Shown one piece after another: positions 1 to 13,523 of a stretch of 64,000 nt of DNA. Source of the DNA: Bispira polyomma (lineage: Eukaryota); NCBI GenBank assembly GCA_965649765.1, contig OZ287750.1, positions 73,346,001 to 73,410,000 on the forward strand, read 5' to 3'. Below the pieces are notes generated by a model, which was not told the DNA's origin, searched no databases, and saw only the letters and a list, made by a program, of their open reading frames with translations. Both the position numbers and the translations under genes were made by a program. Each line of letters starts with the position of its first letter. Within the stretch, counting starts at the first letter, position 1.

Positions 1-26
1 AACCTTGCAATAATCATTTGTTACAT

Positions 27-378
27 GGTGGTTATAGCCAAACGGCCAGAGTGTCAGACTTTGGATTTGAAAGATCTGAGGGTCCAGGTATGATCCATGC
101 TACTGGCCTGGTGATGGTACCCTTGGACAAGGTACTTTACACCAAGATATCCCTCTCTACCCAGGTGTATAAATGGGTACCTGGCTGCTAATGGGTGTTA
201 GTCCTTGTGTGCCATATGTGGCAGCATGGCTAGTATGCTTCCTTAGTGAGCTGAGACTGAACAATCGGTTGACAAGTGAAAGAACCCAGGCTGGGTTTGT
301 AAACTGTAAAGTTGGATGAGACCTCAATAGAGGTGATATCAGACTATAAATCTACACCCATTTACATTTCACCTTTAC
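27..378 (+). mobile_element. tRNA-derived SINE with CORE/MESC-like central domain
   Basis: Decayed A/B boxes, CCTTGGACAAGGTACTTTAC...CCCAGGTGTATAAATGGGTACC, (TTTACC)n-like tail. Related heads on minus at ~7060-7155 and ~48545-48670. Confidence 0.65.
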
Positions 379-1511
379 CTAGATGGTTAATGATATAGGT
401 TATACAATACAACAAACTGATACTGGGTTTGTTTTTGTCCTAAAAGTGGCTTTCTACATTTGTTTTCGCTGATTTCTCTACCTAAATAAACAAACTAGAA
501 GATATCCCAGTAGAGCCTCCCCCAGTTCTTAAAAGTGTCCATAAAACTCCTAGATCTGCTGCTCTATCTGGACCCCCTCCACGGTTTAGTGATTTCCTGT
601 CCCATCCATCCACCTATATTTTGTTGTAGAACACCAAGTTCCCTTGACGGAAACACTATAGGTACAATATAGAGAAAAATATTTACATTTTTGGAAGGTT
701 TGTTTTTGTTTCCTATTCTATCTGTTATCTGACTGTATTCTTACCTTTATTGTTGCATCGGTGAGACTAGAGGTGGATCTCAGTGATGTAGTGGTAACAC
801 ACTCACATCCTACCTGTGCCATTGTGGGTTCAAATCTAAGCCCTGGTGTGTAGGGGTACCAGTGTATCGCATTTTAGAATATATGGTGCACATCAATGGT
901 AAAATTTGGTTCTTAGACTTATCTTTGCTGCAGCACAAAAAACCTACTTTAAAATGTGGGTCCTGACCCCCCCCCTCCCCCTCCCCGACCCCTCTGAATC
1001 CTCCTCTGCTAATTGACAGTTCCCTATTTTTTGGAGGAGTGTATGTGCTAAAACACCCCCAGTGTATTTGTGTAATACCAGTTAGTTAGGTGACTAAATC
1101 TCTCCTTACACACTCTCATCACTTGAACCACACTCAAACTCCACCCCTCCCTATTTAAAACAATCTCTCCACCCTCCACCTCCCTCTCCAGTCCCCCCCT
1201 TTTCTTTAGGGAATATATTTGTAACCTGGCCAAAGGCTCCAGTCTTCTATATATTAGCTCATATAATATGAAGCTCATAGCACCAACAAACACCCATGCT
1301 ATTGTAGCTATTCTTGTATTTTCCATACAGGAGTAGAACTGTTTTTGTGGTGCCCCGTTCACATATTGGCGCTACGGCAACAGGTAACAGAAGGTACAAA
1401 AAGGTGTTGTAATTTAGCTTAGATTGGTAGTTCCATTTAAGAAAAATATACCCTCTCTACTTGACTAGTTAAGTTTCACAGAGAAGAACTGATGATTACT
1501 GGCACAAAAGC

Positions 1512-1762
1512 GGGGCCGGAGTGGCCTAGTGGTTAGCAAGCATTGAGCTTCACAATCACTGGTCTCTCACCTCTGGGCGGCGTGAGTTTGAATCCCGTCA
1601 ATGCCTATGTGAGAAAGGTGGTAGTTCCCTACTGTGGGCTGCTGGTTTCAGTGCAGAACCTTGATCAACTGTATGCAGTGTTTCCTCCAGCGTTTCCAAC
1701 TACCCGTCCCAATATAACCTAAACAGGTACTAGAGTGGACGTTAAATATCCAAATTCAATTT
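1512..1762 (+). mobile_element. SINE family A (young, ~250 bp, tRNA head, (CAAATT)n tail)
   Basis: A box TGGCCTAGTGG, B box GTTTGAATCC; closely matching copies elsewhere in the window. Confidence 0.9.
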
Positions 1763-4700
1763 CACAGTTGTGATACAAAATAGTCAGACTTTGACTAAAG
1801 GACCCTACCAAACACTCTCACCTTGGACGACCCCCTACCAATGTCTTAAACCGCCTCTTCATACCTACATAGTATGAATCCAAAATATATTACACTGTCT
1901 GGCTTTAATTTGAACTGAGACTGGTGTAGTGGTAGCATGCTCCTCTCCCACTTCTGCAGTCGATCCTAGGCTCTAGCGTGTATGTGCTTAAGTTGTAGAA
2001 TTGCTGAAGGCCTATAATTCCCAAAGCAGAATTTCCTCCACCAGTGCACTATCCATCAAGATATGACACAAAATGTATAGAACGTGACATTACGCCCAAT
2101 CTAATCTCATCAACTTGCGCCTTATGCAAGGCTAAGAAACCAGAGAAAGACGGCAAAAATACCACTTGAAAACCCCATCTCAAATCTTCTTGTTCTTATG
2201 TAAATAAACTCCACGCCTGCATTAGGAGACTACCCTCTTAGTTGTTGTCAGGGTGCAAACTCTGTGTAATCTGTACATGACTTAAAGTGTATTAGATTAA
2301 AAATTTGTAATCTCTTGTACAATTTCTGAAAGGCCAAAACCGTCTATAATCCTTTTGAGAGAAACATTATCCAAACAAATGTATTTCTAAAGTGTGGGTG
2401 TAACCCTTAGTTTTACACCTAAGACTTTCACCATTTTACTTTCTAATTGAAACATTACAAATATTGTCTATTTTTGTTTAATTCGGTTAAGGAATTAAAA
2501 ATTTACTGTGACATAAAATGTTTAAAAATCTGTTTAAAATAATGTTTTATCCTAAACAATGTACATGTAAGCTAAATTTTTTGCCATAAATTTTAGTCTT
2601 AGAGAATAAAACTAAATGGATACTGCAAAATATTTTCTTTTTGCAATTATGGCACAACTTGGAAGTTAACAATTAAAGGTTTCTCAAAGTAAAAACTTAG
2701 TTTTGAAATATATATTAAAATGATTCTTTAAAATCCCACCAATTATTATGAGTTTCATTAGGCTGTCATTTACTGTTATTCTTGAAACTAGGATCTTATC
2801 TATTCTATAAAATTTAAAAGCAATACAGTTTAACCTATTGGGAACATTTCTGTAAAGAAAATATCACTCATTCAGCCCACATGTCATTTAAACCTCTTAA
2901 CCTCTATTTTTTGGGCTTTATATACTATTAAGGGTGGCTGTATCTTTACTTAAATACACTGTATATACATGTATACATGCTAAAATTTGGACAGAATCTA
3001 GGTTAGGTAAGATCTGTCATGTGTGTGTTAAACCCCACAAACAAATAAAGTAAGAAATCTAAAATTCGTCTCTGTATCTGAAATTCGCCAACCGCTGATA
3101 TTGAAGCCACATTAATAAAAATAACTGAAATCGAGGTTAAGCAAGGCAAAGTAGTGACCAAAATCTCAATTTCATCAAATATTACACAGAATTTTACCAA
3201 AAAGCCCAACAATTTGAAAGATTGTCTTTGTGGTGAATTTCAGATGCAAATGGGTAAATTTTAGATTCCTTACGTCTCTATACAAGGCTAATCATTTACA
3301 CAAGAGGACTTGAGGTTTCATAAATATTTGTATAATCCAGCATGCCGACTTGGATACTGAGGTAATAAATTTATGTAGAAATGGCTTCACAGAAAATTGA
3401 AGCTATTAGATCCACTTACAAGGATATGTTATGACAAGAAATAACTGTGTTAAGTGGAACTGTGGTAACAGTGTCAGTGTTATATATTATTTACAGAGCA
3501 ATGTTTTAAGTGTGGGGAGATCTTGTGGTAATACTATATATTACTTTGATATAATTGTCATACATTATATTTACATATTGATAGCTTTTTTTTTGCCACC
3601 TTACTTTCTAAAAACTATTTAACATAAACTTAACTTTTACACTTAAACTCAGTTACGGTAATCTTAAAGTGACATGTGCTTGAAGAGTTTACGTTAACCT
3701 TAGCTTATTTCTAACAGTATGTAAGTTAACCTTAAACTGAACAATTTAAGATAACCTTAACTTATGTTAACAGTATATAAGTTAACCTTAAATTCAACTA
3801 TAAAGTAGGTTGACCTGAACTTTACGGTGGCATTAACACTTACAGTTTGTACATACATTTTAGCTTTACCATAGTAATAAACTAATATGCCCCACTTGCA
3901 CAGCAATTTATTTATTTAATATTACTATTTACTTTAAATAAAATATCAGTCAACAACAATAAAATTTAAAATGCCCTTGTTGTACAGTTTTTATTTCACA
4001 AAAGCTCTGACTACTAAATGACAACATTGGTTGAAGTTTATAAAAAGAGTTTCAAAAAGACACGTTCAAAGCTGATTAAGGTCATCAACAAGATAAATAT
4101 TTAAGTCAGATGTGAAGAGGTACAGAAAAAAGGGGATTGTAGAGCCAAATCTGACGGGAAGCTAAGAGGCCTGTACTTTGTATAAACTCTGTGGGGACTT
4201 AAAATTTGAACATTTAATCTTAGCATATTGAACTGCAATCTTTGCATAAATGATTACCATATGTACAAATAAGAAATAAAACCCATGGCAACATTAGTGA
4301 AACTGCTGTGGAGTATACACAATCTTAATTTTAAACTAAATGGGTACTACTTGAATACTATGAGTATAACACGAGTACTTAATTTTAGTTTGCTCTTAAA
4401 AGTAGGTTTAAAAGTATGACTTAAATAGCTTTAGTGAGGAATATATTAGATATTTGCTTCGTATGTCATTCAATGATAGGGAGTCCATCTACACCCAACC
4501 CAAATATCATCAAAACTAAGATGTTATTTTACCTCTTATTTCACCTTAATTGTTTTTTCAAAGTGACGGAAAGTCAGTTAAGGGAAATTTATGGGTCATT
4601 TATAGTACGAAATTAAATAAATGTTAGCTTCTTCTTTTTTATTTTTTTAACGACAAATATAAATCTATTGTTGAAAAAATGGGCTTAAAGTGTGTTTTTA

Positions 4701-5097
4701 ATTATTCTGTGGAACCATAGCCCTTATATATCATTTAACTTGGACATTCCAATTTATACAAGTTAGTTTTCACCGTATGTTTAGTGTACATTTATAAATG
4801 AAGACTGAATTTACTCTACTTACTCATAAAGTTAGCTAGATAAACTGTGACTAATTTTATAAATATTAAACTTGAATACAGTATTTAAAAATTCGAATTT
4901 TATCTGTATTTATTTTTACGTAACTTTTAACAGTTTCGGTCATATCACAGAGGCCATATTCAATAATGAAAGAAACCAGTGCTGAAGTGCTGAAAACGAA
5001 GGACCTACAGCAAAGTACGTGAAAAAATCTTTCCCACATGAATGAACAAACAGGATTCGAACCCATATTGGTAAGAGGCCATTATTTATTAAGCTAA

Positions 5098-5277
5098 TTT
5101 CGACTCCCGTCAATGCCTATGTGGGAAAGGTGGTAGTTCCTTACTGTGGACTGCTGGTTTCAGTGCAGAACCTTGATCAACTGTATGAAATGTTTCCTCC
5201 AGCGTTTCCAACTACCCATCCCAATATAACCTAAACAGGTACTACAGTGGACGTTAAATATCCCAATTCAAATTCAA
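5098..5277 (+). mobile_element. SINE A, 5'-truncated, inserted in an opposite-strand SINE B (~4925-5320)
   Basis: 14-bp TSD atttattaagctaa at 5084-5097 and 5278-5291. Confidence 0.88.
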
Positions 5278-6192
5278 ATTTATTAAGCTAACTCTTCCAA
5301 CCACTAGGCCACTGTAGTAACTTGGTGGTTGGTCACCAGGATTACACCAAAATCACTATATCACACAAGGTATAACACAGAATTTGGTTTGGTGAAGGCA
5401 GTGGTGGTTTACATCAATGAGTCTCACCACCATCTTGATAGTGTAAGAAAATCCTCACTAGTTCTTCTCTGAGTATGGACCGAATAATGTGTCCATATTT
5501 AGCGAGATTGGTTGCTGTTTTTTGACGACTGAATCACAAAAAGGGATGGAACAGAGATGCCTACAAAACCATTGTGAATTTAGCCTGGCGTAAACTGGCC
5601 AGCAGAGTTGTGGCAATGTTTGTGGTTGTAGTTTTTATGTTATATAAATTTATATCTACCATGTCGGCATGAAACAAGACAAAATTGGCTACTATATCAT
5701 ATATAAGGAATGAGTGTATGTAATTATTTAAACCAGATTCTACCTCTATATATGCTGATTTTGATCTACAAAGCACTGTTTATGGTAGCCGCTCTGTCAC
5801 AAATCAGGTGGTCATCAGTTAAAAAACCGCCATTGGAGGCAAAATCTCGATCTAAGAGTCTAAGAGTTATATGTAATGTAGGTCACTTATACCTGCCCAA
5901 TACATCCAACTTGAAATAGATTACACGAAACAAGTTCTCCGTCTCCTCAACAACTACTTAGATTTGGGGGGGATTTCTCACGATTAAGACCCAACTCTGT
6001 TCTAAAATGTATATTTATTATAAATTGTAAATCTGGATAGAAGCAATGACAACATTTGCGTGCTAATTACTTGTTATACGTATTATTACCTCTGCTGAAG
6101 AGGTTGTGTTTATCAACTGGTACTGTCTGTTTGTTTATTACAAGGAACCGGCAAAAACTGCATAACAAAGTTTCATGAACTTTGATGGAGGA

Positions 6193-6448
6193 TTTGAATT
6201 TGAATTTGGATATTTAACGTCCACGCTAGTACCTATTTAGGTTATATTGGGATGGGTAGTTGGAAACGCTGGCGGAAACACTGCATACAGTTGATCAAGG
6301 TTCTGTACTGAAACCAGCGGCCTACAGTAAGGAACTACCACCTTTCCCACATATGCATCGATGGGATTCGAACTCACGCCGCCCAGAGGTAAGAGACCAG
6401 TGATTGTGAAGCACAATGCTTGCTAACCACTAGGTCACTGCGGCCCAC
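6193..6448 (-). mobile_element. SINE A, full length
   Basis: 13-bp TSD cttt(g/a)atggagga at 6180-6192 and 6449-6461. Confidence 0.9.
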
Positions 6449-6481
6449 CTTTAATGGAGGAATGGGGCATGGACCAAGAAT

Positions 6482-6720
6482 TTTCAATTTAGTTGGGGTT
6501 TACGCCGCCGCCTTCAGGTCATATCACAATGGTCAGATTCAATGGTGAAAGAAACCGGTGCATTGTAAACCACCGACCCATGAGAAGTACATTGTACCTG
6601 ACAAACTTTTTCACATGAAGGAACGAATGGGATTCAAACCCACATTGGTAAGAGGCCAATGATTGTGATGAGGCTAACACTTCTTCAACTAGTAGGAAAC
6701 CACCGCTGCCCAATAAACCA
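6482..6720 (-). mobile_element. SINE family B (Meta-SINE-like central domain)
   Basis: CATGTGAAAAAGTTTGTCAGGTAC..GGTCGGTGGTTT core; 9-bp TSD accaagaat at 6473-6481 and 6721-6729. Confidence 0.8.
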
Positions 6721-7186
6721 ACCAAGAATCAGTTAAATTTTGTAAGTGGATCCAGTAGAATTGGGCCCATCCTGGATTTATTTTCACTTTTTGATGCTGG
6801 GGTAACTTAGCGGAGGTATATACGATCTATTGTATGTGCTTCTAGTTACTTAGAGGGTTTAATTAGTGCCAAATTGATGACAATGTAAAGGTACCACAGT
6901 GCCAAAATGGTGCAGAAATCATCGATCTGCCTTTCTACTTGGAACCTCTCCAAAATGTAATGGATTATTCATTGCCCTATGTCCCACTAATTCACCACTG
7001 ATCCACTACTTCTCTCCGAAGAAGGTGATAACATAGCACTGCTCATCATTAGGAGGCAATGGTGTATGCAACACCTTGTCCAAAGATGTAACATTACCAG
7101 GAGTTTAAACTGGGGACCCTCCAATCACCAGACCAGCTCTGTAACCACTGACCCCAGTGAAGACTAAAATATGCACTCATGATATC

Positions 7187-9007
7187 TGTGATTCCGCAAA
7201 GGCCGATCTTGTGAAGATCACATATTTTCACTTACTTCAATTATTAGAAGACGTTTAAATGATAACAGAGATACATATGTTGCTTTCATTGATATGCAAA
7301 TAGCATTTGACTGGATAAACCGAGATTTATTAATGTACAAACTTCTTAACCATAACATAACAGGTAAATTGTATTGTGCAATTAATTCGTTATATAATTT
7401 TAATAAATCTTGTATTAAGCTAAACAACTTACTTAGTAACTGGTTTGTGGTAAATTCAGGATTAAGACAAGGTGACAATTTGTCCCCAACATTATTTGGA
7501 ATCTTTATAAATGACTTAGCCATTGAAATAAAAAATATGGGTTTAGGTGTCCCCTTTGGTAACAAAAAGATATCAATATTATTATATGCAGATGATATTG
7601 CTTTAATTGCAGAAAACGAAGAACATTTACAGCTTTTATTGACTAAACTGGATCAGTGGTGCAAAAAAATGGCACTTATTAATAAACGAATCAAAAAGTC
7701 AAATAGTACATTTCCGCAAAAAACGAAAACCACAGTCTTGTTGTAAATTTGTTACTGGTTCCTCAAAGCTTGAGATTGTTGATCAATATAAGTATTTAGG
7801 TGTATCTTTGCATGAACATCTAGATTATAAAGTATGCGCAAAAGAATTATCAGAAGCTGGTGGGCGAGCACTAGGTGGATTAATATCAAAATTTAAACAA
7901 TATAAAAATATTGGATTCAAAACATTCTCAAAATTATATGAAAGTGGCATCATACCTATAACAGATTACTGCAGTGGTATTTGGAGTTTTGCACACTCAA
8001 ATTATGCCAATAAAATTCAGAATAGAGCATGTCGTTATTTTGTGGGTGTGCATGCAAAAACCCCACTAAATGTATTGGATGGGGATGTAGGATGGCTAAA
8101 ACCAAAATTCAGAATGTATATGAATATCATTAAGTTTTATAATAGGCTTATTAGAATGGACAATGAGAGACTAACATATCAAATATTTGAACATGATCTT
8201 CAGAACATAACAAATGAAAGTTGGAGCGGAGACCTAGAAAACATTTTAGATCAGATAGGCTTGCAAGAAAAACTTCTCCTAGGAGAAGACATTGATTTAA
8301 ATACCGCAGAAGAGAAGCTATTTTGTTTAAATGATCTCGAATGGCAAGAATCTATATGTACCAAACCAAAATTAAGATCGTATGTCAAATATAAAACTCA
8401 TATTTATACAGAAGAATACGTATTACAGAATCTTTATAGAAATGAAAGATCTCTCATTGCCCAATTAAGATCTGGAATACTGCCTCTAGCCATAGAAACT
8501 GGAAGATACCAGAAAAGAGATTTGTCAAGTAGGATATGTACAATGTGTAATTTAAATTTTATAGAAGACGAACAGCATTTTTTAATTGACTGTACAGTTT
8601 ACGATAGAGATAGAAAAGTGTTCTTTGATTATGTTGTTAAAAATGTGGAAGTAAACTTTAATCTTTTGAGTTCGGAAGAAAAATTTATTAATTTAATGTC
8701 ACTCAAAGATAAACATATTAAAACATTTGCAAAATTTTTATGTAAACTATGGGAATATAGGAAATCAAATTTTTTAAAAGAATTGAAGATATAGAAAGTT
8801 CAATAAACTGTGAATTTTACCATTTCTGCAAAATAATAGTTTTATACCTTTTTATACACACATTAAATTAGAATATTATATTTAAACTGACTTATAAGCC
8901 TTAAGGCTGAGTGTTACAATTAATAAAATGTGATTTTGTATATTTGTATATGTATAACACAATGTCAGTATAATAAAAAATTTATCTATCTATCTATCTA
9001 TCTATCT
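7187..9007 (+). mobile_element. 5'-truncated non-LTR retrotransposon (RTE-X-like), RT plus C-terminal CCHC region, frameshifted
   Basis: FRKGRSCEDH, AFID..AFD, GLRQGDNLSPTLF, LLYADD (ORF 7294..7746); frameshift in an A-run near 7663; ORF 7808..8794 with LAIETGRY..RICTMC..EDEQHFLIDC; AATAAA then (ATCT)n tail at ~8984-9007. Clade is inference. Confidence 0.9.
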
Positions 9008-10257
9008 GGACTTTTTTTTTACTGGAGGGAACACGTTATTAAGGTTCACCCAGCTATATCCACTTGGATAATAAAATGAAATATGAATGCAATTACATAG
9101 GGCATCGGTTGGTTAAATATATAAGCAAAGGCCTACAAAAAAACTAACTGATGGTTTACATAACCATACCTTAAAAGTGTGTCTGATTAGGTTCAGTGTT
9201 TGGTTTTTATTTTTTTTTTTTTTAGGCATGAGATTGACTTCATTTAAACAAATATTTTTTGCACTTTATTTTTACACTCCAAAGATGTCTGAAGTATATG
9301 TTTGCATGTACGTTTTAGGCCAGAAATAAATAGGTGACCATATGACTCACTGGACGACTTCAGTTCAGAAAAGTGAACCAGTTTGGGTCAACTTTGGCAT
9401 GTGTAAGATACGTTTATTTTAGAACTAATGTTATTTCATAGAACTTGTGTTTGCCAACATCAGCCGATTTTATCAGTCATTATTTTTTTTATTATACATT
9501 CTTCATTTCATATGTAGTACAAAATATGTAGTAAAAACAAACAAAAACACATGTAGTACTAGAGATTGACTCTTTAATATATTACAAGATTACTTTAACA
9601 CAGCACATTTAGCAATAATTTAGACTAAGTATTAGTTGACTACTATATACAAGTGACTTAAGGTCACCTTAAATCAGATTTAAAATTTTACTACTTTTAG
9701 AGTGACTTAAAGTCACTTAGTGAATTACTTTACTTAAGACATTTAGCTAAGGTCACCTTAATAACATAATTTAAGGTTGACATTACAAGGACCCCCCAAA
9801 GGGAGGTGTAAACTAAGGTGACCTTAAATCCAAAGCATTTAATTTAAATAAATCAGGATTAACCCATTTTAGAAACTAGATAGCTACTGTACTGCAGCGT
9901 CTAGGTATTAGAGGTTACTTAAGTATGATTTTACAAGTTATTAGACTAGGTAGCTACTGTACTGTAGCATTTAATAAATTTATACAACTTCAACTTTTTA
10001 AGGTAAGTTATTACTTTACTAACTTACTGAGTACTGTTACATTACACTAGGTTACTAGGTACTGTTATCATTAACTAAGAGAGCTGGATACTACACAATT
10101 AGAAATATATCTAAGCCATTTAATGTAATGTTACATAAGCATATGAAAAATGTAAATACTTTTGAAAATACTAGAATTATTACTTGACTAGAACCAGCCA
10201 AACCCTAATGTAGGTAGGAGGTTAGGAGGTATGAGGTGTGGAAAGGTAACGTCTGAA

Positions 10258-11180
10258 TTACTCAGCCACTTGGTGGCCAGCGTCAACTGTGTCGGTGACG
10301 TACCTCCAAACGCAATCCGACGTCCAGGTGCCATGATTTTGAACTTTCTGCATGCTGACAATATGATTGAAGGCAAAGGTTGCACCTGAAAGTCGGAAAG
10401 CACGAAAGGTAAGCCCAGAATCTTGCAGTTTCATACCGGACAATATGTTGTTGAAATGGCGACGTACTCTCGTATCAGTCAGAGGTACCCAGGCTCGATT
10501 AACTTTTATTTGAAATAAGGGGAGATTGTCCCCTCATGGGGTTACAGTCATAATGGCCTCCAGTGATCCAACAGGGCACAAAATTGAGCCTGGCAAGCGA
10601 GGGATGGTGATAAGCTTAATATTTTTATTATTTTGCATAGTCTTGGACCATTTGATAAGTATTACCACTTTATCAGGGTGAAATAGGGCATCTGCTCTGG
10701 CCAGATGTTTGAGAGGAGAAAATTGACAGACTGAATGAGGGACAAGATTCGATAACCGAAGAAATGAAAAGAAACTGACCAGGTACACTGCTCTAAATAC
10801 AAGTGTCATATATGTAGTCAGAGATAAAAAACTATAGTACTCAAGGTTGAAATAGCTATGATTTTTTTAAGTTTGACATTGAGTGGAGCAGCCAATTGTG
10901 TTGCCTTTTGATAGTAAGCAAATTGAAGATCACTGAAGGCCTGTATTTGGACATTGCGAATAATATATTTAGCTTTAATGGCAGACAAATAATTTGCCAT
11001 ATGTGCAGGTTTGACACCATTAAAATGTAACATTTCTAGAAAACATAGCAACTGGAAAGCTGTCACCTGATGAGAAGGCCACTCCATGAAGGCCCCAAAG
11101 GCCAAATACACACGGTACATAGCTCTGTAAGACGTGGCAGTGGACCTGCAGAAGGCCAGGTGAATCTTCCTAGTGTCATT
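10258..11180 (-). pseudogene. Tyrosine recombinase ORF of the Ngaro-like element
   Basis: STATSY, FFSFLRLSNL (Arg), WSKT (Lys), LCPV, FRAFRLSGAT (decayed HxxR), HGTWTSDCVWRY (catalytic Tyr). Confidence 0.9.
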
Positions 11181-11254
11181 TTGATACAATAAGTTTTGCA
11201 AAGGAGTGTGATCTAAATACAAAGGATAGAAAAACAATTTGTGGAACACACTGT

Positions 11255-13523
11255 TTATATTTCATGGTCCAATACAAGATGCTGCTGGAAGACAGGACAC
11301 CATTCTACAGTACCTACAAGAGTATGCAATTTTTCATAATTTTGAGGGGTGTTTTCCCATCTGGATAGCAAATTGGCAGTGGTGTTGTGGTCACCCAATA
11401 TATGAATGACCTGTAACTCAAAATCATAATGGCAAGCCAACATGAATATATTGCCAGAATACAAGACTAGGATATTATCCTTAGTTCTACCATTGGTAAG
11501 CACACTAACCACCGCCTGGTTGTCAGATTTAATTAGTATCTTTTGTCCCTGCCACAACACGCCCCATAATTGAGAGCCACATATATATTTAACATTTCCA
11601 GGGAGGCAATATTATATTACTGGAGGTCTGCTGGTATGGAAAGAGTGTAAACTTTCTGACCATATATTCCCCCCATGCCTGTCAAGCAAACATCTAATTC
11701 TATAGTGCTTGCAATGGGGCTATGGTGGAAGAAAGAGACACCATTGAATCTTTTCAGAAAGGTTTGAAACCAGTTGAGGTTTTTCCTGGAGTAGGGGTTA
11801 ATTTCGAATGTTTTGCCTGTGTGATTACTTCTCAATAGTTGTAATATACGGTTCAAGAAGGAACAACAAGGAACCCAATAGACATTGCAGTTCCCTTTTT
11901 GTGCAATACCTTTTGGCAGCCCATTTATCACACATAGCTCGAATAGTAATTAACTTTTCCTCAGGAATGGAGGTAGTGAGTTCGACTGTATCTATTATTA
12001 TGCCAAGACAAGTTACTCGAGTAGCAGGAGCTACTAGTTTTTTGTTGCTGAGGGTAAGACTAAGCTCAGTCAACAAGGCTTGTCAACGGTGGTAAGTTTT
12101 ACATATCTTGGAAGGAATCAAGCAACATAAAAGATCGTCTATGTAATTTAAATTATAATGACCTTCACCTTGCATCATATATCTGACCCCGTCCAAAATA
12201 CGTTGAAATATGGCCGAGCCGAGAATCCCTTCTCAAGATACGAGCTTGGACATACGGCAGCATTCACGTAATACCCTTCTGGCCAACTGAGATCTATAAT
12301 GACAAGTCGATTGATGGAGCTAGACTTATCTCGGGTCATAAAAGGGGAGGTATGCAAATTAGAGACAGTTGGCACCTCAAAGGGCCCGTACATGGCCTCA
12401 ATCGGCATTCCTCTTCCAAGTAATGACTGACATGTTCAGGATACTGACTGGCAGAGGAATGGTTTTTAAGATCTGACTTAAAGTCACAATGTGTAGCACA
12501 ATCAAGGGGAAAGCCAAACTTTATGAGTAAGGGGAGTTCACAATCCCAATAGTCACTTAAATATTCGGCCCACCTAACAGCATTGGGTTGAGAAGCAACG
12601 GGATTTGCAAACCTTTATAATTAGGCCGACCATCTATTTGCAACAGTTTATGAAGTGCAAACACATCAACAGGGCTTTTATTTTGAGAATTGTCCGAAAT
12701 TAGTTTTCCCCAAGAGAAAATAGGGATAAACCCAAATTTGCCATTGTTTTGGACATCCCAGAGTTTAAATGTTTCCTTTTATCAACCGACCGGTGCATAT
12801 CCAAAGCATACTTGTCATCAGAGAAGTCTGCCTTGATTGTAACCCGTTTTGTTGATTTGACACATTGTTTGAGTGGGAATGACACATGGGTGTTAACTTT
12901 GACATTGGAACTGAGGGGCGAGCCCATAACCTAAAGGGGACCTTCCACACAATTGATCACTTCATCAGCAATTCCCCCCCCCCCCCCTACAAAACGTGTT
13001 AAAAACCTCATATTGATTGTGAAGTGGTAATTGGAATTCATTGTGGCCCAAGGTGTCAACCCTCTTTTTCTGAGACAATGGTTTGTTGGCAAGTTCGCCT
13101 TTCACTGGGGAGGCAAGTCCCCCAGACACTTTTATTGTTTTATTTTTAACACTTTGAACACAAGAAGGCAACACCCCTTGTTGTGTTTTCTTGCTTGTTG
13201 ACCCGGTTAGAAGAGTACACACTTATTTCCTTAGTGAGTGCAAATCTATTTGTGCACGTTTTGTCTCTATTTCCCACAACAACCTTGGAACATGTGTACT
13301 TATCCACCACATTGCCCACAGCAGAATTGGCCACCGGGATTTTTTTATTTCCCTTTTTCAACCCATCACTATAAGACAATTTCATATTCTGGTTACAACA
13401 AGCATATTTTTTAAAATCCACATCAGAAAACAATTTAAAATCGTCAAACTGAGAACTATATACAACTCTTGTAAACAAAGGTATACCTACTGCATCAATG
13501 CACTGGGCCCTTAGTTTTTTGTC
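11255..13523 (-). pseudogene. Ngaro-like pol (RT + RNase H), disrupted and internally deleted
   Basis: GPF..HTSPFMTRDK..VIIDLSWP (12175..12408), NYIDDL at ~12131-12148, CLGIIIDT, ELQCLLGSL, DVCLTGMGG, SDNQAVV, HILGDHNTTANLLSR. Confidence 0.88.

Larger units (their letters stand above)
6085..6847 (+). mobile_element. Non-autonomous HINE/Helentron-like element hosting two SINEs
   Basis: 5' TTACCTCTGCTGAAGAGG, (gttt/gtct)n, 3' CTTAGCGGAGGT..GCTTCTAGTT. Relatives at ~496-655(-), 17060-17252(-), 36247-37095(-), 37520-37630(+), 45461-45740(+). Confidence 0.6.

Noticed and set aside
1048-1362. 104-aa minus-strand ORF
   Set aside because: Non-ATG start, low-complexity purine tract, no recognisable motif or supporting exon structure.
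1512-1600. tRNA genes at A/B-box motifs
   Set aside because: No cloverleaf; motifs continue into shared SINE bodies with tails and TSDs.
10258-11180. Phage integrase or horizontally acquired prokaryotic DNA
   Set aside because: The recombinase is colinear with gag and RT/RNase H, the standard DIRS-order layout.
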